Shown here: positions 1 through 5,916 of the stretch, in pieces
Position numbering within the stretch: position 1 is the first letter of the stretch
Layout: the number at the start of each line of letters is the position of its first letter
DNA from: Escherichia coli
Lineage (GTDB): Bacteria; Pseudomonadota; Gammaproteobacteria; Enterobacterales; Enterobacteriaceae
Assembly: GCF_003334335.1 (NCBI RefSeq)
Contig: NZ_QOWQ01000068.1
DNA: 8,688 nucleotides
Reading direction: 5' to 3' (one strand)
Notes under the pieces: generated by a model
The model's database searches: none
What the model was told of the DNA's origin: nothing
Seen by the model: the letters and a program-made list of their open reading frames with translations, nothing else
Made by a program: the position numbers and the translations under genes

Positions 1-320
1 GCAAATCCGAAGGCCAGACGGGCACACTGAATCATGGCTTTATGCCGTAACATCCGTTTGGGATGCGACTGCCACGGCCCCGTAATTTCTCTGCCTTCGC
101 GGGTTTTGAATGGTTCGCGGCGGCATTCATCCATCCACTCGGTAACGCAGATCGGATGATTACCGGTTCGCTACCAGGGAAGAACGGGAAGGAAAGGTGA
201 GCACGAATCTGATTTTCAAGGAGTGTCGCCAGAGTGCCGCGATGAAGCGGGTGTTGGCATTTTATCGCGGCAATTTTCAATAGACTATGTACATAAAAAT
301 ATCATTTTTTTAATACATGT

Positions 321-512
321 CTAATTATTGGACGAAATTGGTTTTTGCTTTGGTTTAGTTAGCCTAGCAATCAAGCCAGAGGCAATAATGATGATCCAAG
401 CAATTTGATGCAATGCTACTCCAATATAAGAACCTTTATAGATAATAAAGGCATAGATCGCTAGAAACGAAATAAATATCCATAACGAAAGTTGATAAAT
501 TTTGGCGCGCAT
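321..512 (-). CDS. Small hydrophobic protein of ~63 aa with two predicted transmembrane helices and unknown function. The ORF track extends it to position 527 through a TTG; the internal ATG at 510-512 (reverse complement) is the more plausible start.
   Basis: It is the only long ORF in a strongly AT-rich region, where stop codons are frequent. The translation MRAKIYQLSLWIFISFLAIYAFIIYKGSYIGVALHQIAWIIIIASGLIARLTKPKQKPISSNN has two ~20-residue hydrophobic stretches and a basic C-terminus. I see only a weak GGA Shine-Dalgarno element. Confidence 0.45.
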   Translation of the reverse strand: MRAKIYQLSLWIFISFLAIYAFIIYKGSYIGVALHQIAWIIIIASGLIARLTKPKQKPISSNN

Positions 513-704
513 ATTTAATCCAATCAATCAGAAAGACGAGTAATCATAGAGGTACTATCACCCGGGTAACTATTGCTATTATGAACGGATAGGATAGAGG
601 CTTCAATAACATATGCATCAAGTATGATGGAATATGTAGGTGAAAATGACTTGTGTCAAATTTGTGGAAATGAGTACCATGTTTCTCTGAAATTGATGTC
701 GTTA

Positions 705-745
705 ATGGCTAGTGATAGTGAACTTTTTTACTTTATAATTCCTTT
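705..745 (+). promoter_or_regulatory. Candidate sigma70 promoter for the lipoprotein operon. It has a perfect TATAAT -10 hexamer at 734-739 and a poor -35 element.
   Basis: TATAAT lies ~30 nt upstream of the ATG at 769. It is preceded by a T-run and followed by an AAGG Shine-Dalgarno element at ~756-759. I cannot find a good -35 hexamer, so an activator or extended-element dependence is possible. Confidence 0.3.
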
Positions 746-768
746 GGTTATAACAATAAGGTAAATTT

Positions 769-1329
769 ATGAAGAAGATAATATTATTAGCCATGATTAT
801 TGGTTCTTTAACAGGTTGCGCTAGTGTGCCACCATTGAATTTTTCAACACCTAACGTGGGAGTTAGCCAGAAAAAAATAGATGCTGAAATTAAGTCATTA
901 ACGGTATCACTTGCTCGTCCAGATGAGCAGAAAGGGGATATCACTGCTGGTATGGAGGCTATAACTCCAATTTGGCGTGAATCTTTGCAGGAAGCACTCG
1001 ACCGAATGACTATTTTTCGTGATAGTTCACCAAATACGGTTAGCTTAAATGTTAAAGTGTTGGCTCTTGACGTTCCTGCTTTTGGTGTTTCAATGACAAC
1101 TAAAGCAATTGCAAGGTATGAAATAATCAACCGTGCGAATGGTGATATTATATATACGCAGGATATTGAGTCTACCGGTACTGTTCCAGCCAGTTACGCA
1201 TTCTACGGTATTGTTCGAGCACGCGAATCTGTTAATCGCGCGGTGCAAAACAACATAACGCAGTTCTTGCAAGCATTAGAAAGTGTTGATCTTTCTCGTC
1301 CAATGTTTCCTGTTAGGGTAGCTAAATGA
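769..1329 (+). CDS. Predicted lipoprotein (186 aa) of unknown function. It is the first gene of a two-gene lipoprotein operon.
   Basis: The N-terminus MKKIILLAMIIGSLTGCAS is a type II signal peptide with an LTGC lipobox. An AAGG Shine-Dalgarno element sits 8 nt upstream. The stop codon overlaps the downstream start as ATGA at 1326-1329. I do not recognise the family. Confidence 0.8.
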   Translation: MKKIILLAMIIGSLTGCASVPPLNFSTPNVGVSQKKIDAEIKSLTVSLARPDEQKGDITAGMEAITPIWRESLQEALDRMTIFRDSSPNTVSLNVKVLALDVPAFGVSMTTKAIARYEIINRANGDIIYTQDIESTGTVPASYAFYGIVRARESVNRAVQNNITQFLQALESVDLSRPMFPVRVAK

Positions 1330-1778
1330 AGCGATTATTCGTAATTGCTCCACTCTTAGTGTTGGTTGGATGCGCACAAAATATATCGCCAAATAGTTAT
1401 TCTGTTGGCTCTGTGGGCATGGTTAATCGAACTATCGCTGGTACAGTTATTAGTGCTAGGGGGGTTGATATCAGTGGGACTTCCGCGTTAGGCGGGACTG
1501 CTGGGGCTGCCGTGGGGGCAACCGCTGGTTCTGCGCTTGGTGGGGGAGTTCGTTCTAATATCGTTGGTGCCGTTGGTGGTGCAGTCATTGGTGGTATTGC
1601 CGGGGCAGCAATCGAATCTTCAGCAACAAAACAAACAGGCATGGAATATGTTGTCGAAACTGAGAATGGGAATTTAATGACCATTGTTCAAGGCAAAGAT
1701 CCGTTATTTACTCAAGGAAGTAAGGTCCTTGTTTTATACGGAAACCCTTCTCGCATAATAACAGACCCGCGTCACTAA
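1326..1778 (+). CDS. Outer-membrane lipoprotein of the SlyB/Pcp family (glycine-zipper 2TM / 17 kDa surface antigen-like), 150 aa.
   Basis: The signal peptide carries an LVGC lipobox (MKRLFVIAPLLVLVGCAQN). The central region is Gly/Ala-rich with a glycine-zipper pattern (NIVGAVGGAVIGGIAGAAI). The C-terminal part, QTGMEYVVETENGNLMTIVQGKDPLFTQGSKVLVLYGNPSRI, aligns by eye with the E. coli SlyB C-terminus QGVELEIRKDDGNTIMVVQKQGNTRFSPGQRVVLASNGSQV. Confidence 0.85.
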   Translation: MKRLFVIAPLLVLVGCAQNISPNSYSVGSVGMVNRTIAGTVISARGVDISGTSALGGTAGAAVGATAGSALGGGVRSNIVGAVGGAVIGGIAGAAIESSATKQTGMEYVVETENGNLMTIVQGKDPLFTQGSKVLVLYGNPSRIITDPRH

Positions 1779-1818
1779 CATACCTTTTGATTTTGTAAAA
1801 TCAATTCGTAATAATAAA

Positions 1819-1853
1819 GTCATCGGAGCTTGAACAACTCCGGTGACTTCTGC
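1819..1853 (+). terminator. Possible weak terminator hairpin after the lipoprotein operon.
   Basis: GTCATCGGAG-(9 nt loop)-CTCCGGTGAC forms a ~10 bp stem with one G-U wobble. It is followed by TTCTGCG, a poor U-tract. It lies at the right edge of the AT-rich island. Confidence 0.3.
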
Positions 1854-1968
1854 GCTAAACGGGGACGTTTATGCGCACATACAATCCAAACTCTCTTCTC
1901 CCTTCACAGATGCAGAAATGCACCTGCGATTTTTTGCATCCAGCGTCTGACCTCTGCGGAGGTGAAGC

Positions 1969-2424
1969 GTGAACCTACCACAAGATGGCATCAAACTGCA
2001 TCGCGGTAACTTCACCGCTATCGGCCAGCAGATCCAGCCTTATCTGGAGGACGGAAAATGCTTTCGCATGGTGCTTAAACCGTGGCGTGAGAAACGCAGT
2101 CTTTCCCAGAATGCACTCAGCCACATGTGGTACAGCGAAATCAGTGAATACCTCATCAGCAGGGGGAAATCGTTCGCTACCGCAGCATGGGTAAAAGATG
2201 CTCTCAAACACACATACCTCGGTTATGAAACCAAGGACCTGGTTGATGTCGTAACCGGCGAAATCACTACTATCCAGTCGTTACGCCATACCTCCGATCT
2301 TGATACCGGAGAGATGTATATCTTCCTGTGTAAGGTTGAAGCCTGGGCGGTGAATATTGGCTGCCACCTGACTATTCCGCAGAGCTGCGAGTTCCAGCAG
2401 CTCCGCGACAAACAGGAGGCGTAA
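1969..2424 (+). CDS. ybcN: NinB-like recombination / DNA base-flipping protein YbcN (151 aa), with a GTG start.
   Basis: The translation [21 protein letters not shown]... matches my recollection of DLP12 YbcN, including its 151 aa length. A GGAGG Shine-Dalgarno element lies at 1958-1962. The stop overlaps the ninE start as TAATG. Confidence 0.9.
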   Translation: MNLPQDGIKLHRGNFTAIGQQIQPYLEDGKCFRMVLKPWREKRSLSQNALSHMWYSEISEYLISRGKSFATAAWVKDALKHTYLGYETKDLVDVVTGEITTIQSLRHTSDLDTGEMYIFLCKVEAWAVNIGCHLTIPQSCEFQQLRDKQEA

Positions 2425-2594
2425 TGGCTACACCGCTTATTCGTGTCATGAACGGACACATCTACAGAGTACCAAATCGTCGTAAGCGTAAACCGGAGCT
2501 GAAGCCTTCCGAAATACCAACACTGCTCGGATATACCGCCAGCCTGGTTGATAAAAAATGGTTGCGACTGGCAGCAAGGAGGAGTCATGGCTGA
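2424..2594 (+). CDS. ninE: NinE family protein (56 aa). It is not in the ORF track because it is shorter than 60 aa.
   Basis: I translated the frame by hand: [56 protein letters not shown], with a TGA stop at 2592-2594. It has the conserved position between the ninB-like gene and ybcO, and its ATG overlaps the ybcN stop. Confidence 0.8.
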   Translation: MATPLIRVMNGHIYRVPNRRKRKPELKPSEIPTLLGYTASLVDKKWLRLAARRSHG

Positions 2595-2877
2595 TTTGAG
2601 AAAAGCAGCGCGTGGTCGGGAATGCCAGGTAAGAATCCCTGGCGTATGTAATGGCAACCCTGAAACGTCTGTACTGGCACATATCCGGCTGACTGGATTG
2701 TGCGGCACCGGTACGAAACCGCCAGACCTGATTGCCACCATTGCATGTTCTGCCTGCCACGACGAAATCGACCGCCGCACACATTTTGTCGATGCTGCAT
2801 ATGCAAAAGAATGCGCGCTGGAAGGTATGGCGAGAACACAGGTTATCTGGCTGAAAGAGGGGGTTATTAAGGCGTGA
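2587..2877 (+). CDS. ybcO: YbcO, a putative zinc-binding nuclease of the DUF1364 family (96 aa).
   Basis: The ATG at 2587 follows a strong AGGAGG Shine-Dalgarno element at 2577-2582. The protein [42 protein letters not shown]...CSACHDEID is Cys/His-rich and matches DLP12 YbcO. The ORF-track start at 2548 adds 13 residues with no Shine-Dalgarno element and is rejected. The stop overlaps the rusA GTG as GTGA. Confidence 0.85.
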   Translation: MADLRKAARGRECQVRIPGVCNGNPETSVLAHIRLTGLCGTGTKPPDLIATIACSACHDEIDRRTHFVDAAYAKECALEGMARTQVIWLKEGVIKA

Positions 2878-3236
2878 ATACCTACAGCATCACATTACCC
2901 TGGCCTCCGAGCAATAATCGCTATTACCGCCATAATCGCGGGCGCACACACATCAGCGCAGAAGGGCAGGCATACCGCGATAACGTCACCCGAATCATTA
3001 AAAACGCAATGCTGGATATCGGCCTGGCTATGCCAGTGAAAATCCGTATTGAGTGCCACATGCCGGATCGCCGTCGCCGTGACCTGGATAATCTGCAAAA
3101 AGCCGCTTTTGACGCACTCACCAAAGCAGGTTTCTGGCTGGATGATGCTCAGGTCGTTGATTACCGCGTTGTGAAGATGCCTGTTACCAAAGGTGGGAGG
3201 CTGGAACTGACCATCACCGAAATGGGGAATGAATGA
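2874..3236 (+). CDS. rusA: Holliday junction resolvase RusA (120 aa), with a GTG start.
   Basis: The translation [26 protein letters not shown]...[31 protein letters not shown] is near-identical to my memory of E. coli RusA, including the catalytic Asp-rich region ([13 protein letters not shown]). Confidence 0.95.
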   Translation: MNTYSITLPWPPSNNRYYRHNRGRTHISAEGQAYRDNVTRIIKNAMLDIGLAMPVKIRIECHMPDRRRRDLDNLQKAAFDALTKAGFWLDDAQVVDYRVVKMPVTKGGRLELTITEMGNE

Positions 3237-3373
3237 TGTTTGAGTTTAATATGGCAGAACTTCTTCGCCACCGCTGGATGCGCCTGCGCTTATATCGTTT
3301 CCCCAGTTCTGTTTTGACCGATTACCGAATACTGAGGAATTACGCCAAAACCCTGACAGGAGCAGGAGTATGA
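3233..3373 (+). CDS. ylcG: Small protein YlcG (46 aa). It is not in the ORF track.
   Basis: I translated the frame by hand: [46 protein letters not shown], with a TGA stop at 3371-3373. It matches the DLP12 ylcG small protein. Its ATG overlaps the rusA stop as ATGA. Confidence 0.7.
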   Translation: MMFEFNMAELLRHRWMRLRLYRFPSSVLTDYRILRNYAKTLTGAGV

Positions 3374-3455
3374 AGTCAGAGATAACAATCAACTAATACT
3401 GTTTTATTGATTTTTGCTTGTAATTGGCGTTCTGGTCTGATTTTAGTGGAGTAAG

Positions 3456-3842
3456 TTGATGCGTGATATTCAGATGGTTCTTGAGCGTTGGGGAGCGTGG
3501 GCGGCTAATAATCATGAAGATGTGACCTGGTCGTCCATTGCCGCCGGTTTTAAGGGATTAATTACTTCAAAAGTAAAATCTCGCCCGCAATGTTGTGACG
3601 ATGACGCGATGATCATTTGCGGGTGCATGGCCCGTCTGAAAAAGAACAACAGCGATTTGCACGATTTATTAGTAGATTATTATGTAGTCGGTATGACATT
3701 CATGTCACTGGCAGGTAAGCATTGCTGCTCTGATGGTTATATCGGGAAAAGGTTACAGAAGGCTGAGGGTATAATTGAAGGGATGTTAATGGCATTAGAT
3801 ATCCGGTTAGAGATGGATATCGTTGTTAATAACTCTAATTAA
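3456..3842 (+). CDS. quuD: Q-like late-gene antiterminator (127-128 aa). There are tandem ATG codons at 3456 and 3459.
   Basis: The translation [25 protein letters not shown]... contains the Cys cluster [12 protein letters not shown], which suggests a zinc-binding site. It sits in the canonical position between the nin region and the late/lysis genes, and it matches DLP12 QuuD. A GGAG Shine-Dalgarno element lies ~9 nt upstream. Confidence 0.85.
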   Translation: MMRDIQMVLERWGAWAANNHEDVTWSSIAAGFKGLITSKVKSRPQCCDDDAMIICGCMARLKKNNSDLHDLLVDYYVVGMTFMSLAGKHCCSDGYIGKRLQKAEGIIEGMLMALDIRLEMDIVVNNSN

Positions 3843-3865
3843 TATGCCAATTGTTTACTAAAAAT

Positions 3866-3893
3866 TATTAAAAATGGGGCGTTGAGACGCCCC
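3866..3893 (-). terminator. Rho-independent terminator active on the minus strand. It is the probable 3' end of the nmpC and IpeX transcripts.
   Basis: A perfect 6 bp GC stem (GGGGCG/CGCCCC) with a 6 nt loop is followed, on the minus strand, by a TTTTT run. On the plus strand it is followed by CAAAAAT, which is not a U-tract. Confidence 0.6.
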
Positions 3894-3982
3894 CAAAAAT
3901 AAAGGGTAATATATAACAGAAGGTTTATATAGTTAGAAGCAAGGTTGTGCTCCTAAAGGAAGTGGCTTGAGGGAGCCACTTA

Positions 3983-4022
3983 TATGTTGGGGAGGCAAAG
4001 CCTCCCGCAACATATCTTTTAG
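3983..4022 (+). terminator. Long hairpin followed by CTTTT on the plus strand. It is a candidate tR'-like terminator for the short transcript from the Q-dependent late promoter. It also lies immediately 3' of the nmpC stop on the other strand.
   Basis: ATATGTTGGGGAGGC-AAA-GCCTCCCGCAACATAT forms a ~15 bp stem with one bulged C and a 3 nt loop, then CTTTTAG. A second 8-9 bp hairpin lies at 3960-3981 (AGTGGCT-TGAGGG-AGCCACT). Confidence 0.4.
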
Positions 4023-4030
4023 TAATCAAA

Positions 4031-5113
4031 TTAGAACTGGTAAACCATACCTACAGCAACGATATCATCGGTAGCAACGCCAGATGCTTTCGTGAAATCG
4101 CTCTTATCAATCAGGTTGATTTTGTAATCAACAAAAGTGGACATATTTTTGTTGAAGTAATAGGTTGCACCTACATCAATATATTCAACCAGGTCCTGAT
4201 CACCCCACGCACCCAAGTCTTTTCCTTTAGATTGCAGGTAAGCAACGGACGGACGCAGACCGAAGTCGAACTGATATTGTGCAACTACTTCGAAGTTTTG
4301 TGCTTTGTTGGCAATATGGTTATTACCAAAAACAGTCATGTTCTGGGTTTCAGAATAGGTGGTAGCCAGATAGATGTTGTTCGCATCATATTTCAGACCA
4401 GCTGCCCATACTTCAGCATTTTGACCAGATGCATTCAGGCTGTTGTTACCGTAGATAACCTGATTATTAGTGCGGTCAGATTTAGCATAGGTTGCACCTA
4501 CACCGAATCCTTCATACTCATAAGTAGTGGAGAAACCGAAACCATCACCATTAGCTTCAGTTACGTCAGTGCGGTCATTTTTACCCTGATACTGAGCAGC
4601 AAAGTTCAGACCATCAACCAGACCAAAGAAGTCATTGTTACGATAAGTTGCAACACCTGTGGTGCGACCAGTCATGAATACATCTGTTTGGGTCCAGGTA
4701 TCGCCACCGAATTCTGGCAGAACGTCGGTCCATGCACCAATATCGTATGCTACACCGTAGTTACGGCCATAATCGATGGAGCCGTAGTCACCGAATTTCA
4801 GGCCAGCGAAGGCAAGACGGGTTTTATCTTTGGAGGAACCTTGAGATTCAGCGCGGTTGCCTTTGAATTCATATTCCCACTGACCGAAACCAGTCAGTTG
4901 ATCGTTGATTTGGGTTTCACCTTTGAAGCCAAGACGGGCATAAGTAGTATCACCATCATCTGCATCATTAGAGGAGAAGTAGTGCTTAGCATTAACTTTC
5001 CCGTACAGATCCAGCTTGTTACTGTCTTTATTATAAATTTCAGCTGCCTGAGCAGACATCGCCATCAGTACTGATGCAGCTACAGCAGAAATTGCCACTG
5101 TTAATTTTTTCAT
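4031..5113 (-). CDS. nmpC: Outer membrane porin of the NmpC / Lc / OmpD type, from the OmpC family (361 aa precursor). It is intact here.
   Basis: The signal peptide is [23 protein letters not shown] followed by [16 protein letters not shown].... The protein ends in the aromatic C-terminal residue of a beta-barrel (...VGMVYQF). It aligns with my memory of DLP12 NmpC. The ORF-track start at 5173 adds 20 non-signal residues and is rejected; the ATG at 5111-5113 (reverse complement) follows an AAAGGG Shine-Dalgarno element. Confidence 0.95.
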   Translation of the reverse strand: MKKLTVAISAVAASVLMAMSAQAAEIYNKDSNKLDLYGKVNAKHYFSSNDADDGDTTYARLGFKGETQINDQLTGFGQWEYEFKGNRAESQGSSKDKTRLAFAGLKFGDYGSIDYGRNYGVAYDIGAWTDVLPEFGGDTWTQTDVFMTGRTTGVATYRNNDFFGLVDGLNFAAQYQGKNDRTDVTEANGDGFGFSTTYEYEGFGVGATYAKSDRTNNQVIYGNNSLNASGQNAEVWAAGLKYDANNIYLATTYSETQNMTVFGNNHIANKAQNFEVVAQYQFDFGLRPSVAYLQSKGKDLGAWGDQDLVEYIDVGATYYFNKNMSTFVDYKINLIDKSDFTKASGVATDDIVAVGMVYQF

Positions 5114-5539
5114 CGTGAGCCCTTTTTTTGAACTATTATTAAAAAATGATGTCACTGCGCGATAAATATTCATCTAATCAATGTGATTATTTCAAGATGT
5201 AAGTTTTGGTTTCTCATTTGATTTGTGAAGTAGATCTCTATTTTTATCTGAACTTTTTCTATCGAATCCTATTCATGGCTCTTGGCTGAATAAAAATAAA
5301 TCTATTAGCCAATTTATATTAATGGCTGTTATTTATAAGTGCTCTATAATTTGAAGATTCAATTTAAACCAGCTAAAAATAACGCTGGAAATTATTTGTT
5401 GGTTATTTGTTGAGATTTGCTTATGTATTTGTAGTGGTGTTTTCAATACTCGGTAGCATTCTCGCAAATATCATTTAGTGGTTTACGTACGTAAAAAATT
5501 GGTTATGCTGTTAAGAGTGGTTACTTCGTCACACAGCTT

Positions 5540-5570
5540 AAACCCGCCGTCGAGCGGGTTTTTCCATTTT
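5540..5570 (+). terminator. Rho-independent terminator on the plus strand, ~130 bp upstream of the holin gene. It is a candidate ancestral phage tR', or the terminator of an unannotated rightward transcript.
   Basis: AAACCCGC-CGTCGA-GCGGGTTT is a perfect 8 bp stem with a 6 nt loop, followed by TTCCATTTTTT. On the minus strand the hairpin is followed by AAGCTG, so it works only in the plus direction. Confidence 0.6.
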
Positions 5571-5700
5571 TTGAGTCTCGATATTAGCTGATAACCCAAT
5601 ACCTGAGTTATTCACTGACTCCGAGTCTGTTACGTTTCTGCTTTTTTGCGATACGTTGTATTCCCTCAATTTACACCCGCTTTGTCTGCGAGGTGGGGTT

Positions 5701-5916
5701 ATGAAATCCATGGATAAGTTAACAACGGGTGTCGCCTATGGCACCTCAGCAGGTAGTGCCGGTTACTGGTTTTTACAGCTGCTCGATAAAGTCACGCCCT
5801 CACAGTGGGCAGCAATAGGTGTGCTGGGTAGCCTGGTATTTGGCCTGCTGACGTACCTGACAAACCTTTATTTCAAGATTAAAGAAGATAAGCGCAAGGC
5901 TGCGAGAGGTGAATAA
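5701..5916 (+). CDS. essD: Class II pinholin/antiholin of the phage 21 S21 type (71 aa). It has the dual-start motif MKSM.
   Basis: The translation [71 protein letters not shown] is near-identical to my memory of S21 (two TMDs and a basic C-terminus). A GAGGTGGGG Shine-Dalgarno element precedes the ATG at 5701. Met1 and Met4 are separated by K-S, as in holin/antiholin dual starts. The ORF-track start at 5656 is rejected. Confidence 0.9.

Larger units (their letters stand above)
3866..4035 (-). ncRNA. ipeX: Putative IpeX-like sRNA, a porin-expression inhibitor. It would be transcribed leftward from the nmpC 3' end into the nmpC-Q intergenic region.
   Basis: From the literature, IpeX is a ~167 nt RNA encoded at the nmpC 3' end and the nmpC-ybcQ (quuD) intergenic region of DLP12. 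In the sequence, a strong minus-strand intrinsic terminator sits at 3866-3893 (GGGGCG-TCTCAA-CGCCCC followed by ATTTTTAA). It lies ~165 nt downstream of the nmpC stop on the minus strand, which matches the reported length. The 5' end coordinate is approximate. Confidence 0.4.

Noticed and set aside
32-280. 82 aa minus-strand ORF from the track (MKIAAIKCQHPLHRG...)
   Set aside because: It needs a TTG start. It has no Shine-Dalgarno element, no recognisable motif and an odd composition. The same segment has equally plausible broken frames on the plus strand. It is better described as decayed or remnant sequence than as a gene.
702-1130. 142 aa minus-strand ORF overlapping the lipoprotein gene
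   Set aside because: It is antisense to a plus-strand gene that has a canonical signal peptide, a lipobox, a Shine-Dalgarno element and an ATGA coupling to the next gene. The plus-strand gene is the real one.
1397-1684. 95 aa Pro/Ala-rich minus-strand ORF inside the SlyB-like gene
   Set aside because: It is the typical antisense shadow of a Gly/Ala-rich (GGN/GCN) coding region, and it has no start context.
285-1860. Direct repeats or an att-like duplication flanking the AT-rich island
   Set aside because: I looked for matching 8-20 bp direct repeats at both boundaries and found only trivial AT-rich similarity (for example aattttcaa versus taaaatcaatt). There is no evidence for site-specific insertion, and no integrase or transposase is present.
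1975-2211. Two short ORFs (1985-2194 plus strand, 1975-2211 minus strand) inside ybcN
   Set aside because: They overlap a confidently identified plus-strand gene and have no independent signals.
2548-2586. Upstream extension of ybcO to the ATG at 2548 (109 aa version)
   Set aside because: The strong AGGAGG sits just before the ATG at 2587. The extension would lie within ninE coding sequence with no Shine-Dalgarno element. The 96 aa form matches the known protein.
2223-2784. 185 aa and 112 aa minus-strand ORFs antisense to ninE and ybcO, plus an 84 aa ORF at 2585-2839
   Set aside because: The plus-strand genes match known nin-region proteins and have Shine-Dalgarno elements and overlapping termini. 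The antisense frames are GC-driven open frames with no signals.
2895-3124. Two Arg/Cys-rich minus-strand ORFs (67 and 66 aa) inside rusA
   Set aside because: They are antisense to rusA, which is unambiguous.
4232-5074. 280 aa plus-strand ORF inside nmpC
   Set aside because: It is antisense to the porin gene. It has a Ser/Thr/Ile-rich low-complexity translation typical of porin antisense frames, and no start signals.
5114-5173. N-terminal extension of nmpC ([20 protein letters not shown]...) in the ORF track
   Set aside because: The signal peptide begins at the internal [23 protein letters not shown], which has a Shine-Dalgarno element. The extension has no function and lies in the AT-rich promoter region.
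5380-5570. Possible tRNA or small RNA gene upstream of the 5540-5570 terminator
   Set aside because: I see no tRNA-like T-loop (GTTCGAATC-type) or acceptor-stem pairing by eye. Only a 28-codon frame without a Shine-Dalgarno element is present. I kept the terminator as a feature but call no gene.
5656-5700. Upstream start for essD ([15 protein letters not shown]...)
   Set aside because: The extension contains the GAGGTGGGG Shine-Dalgarno element itself. The S21-type protein begins at MKSMDK.
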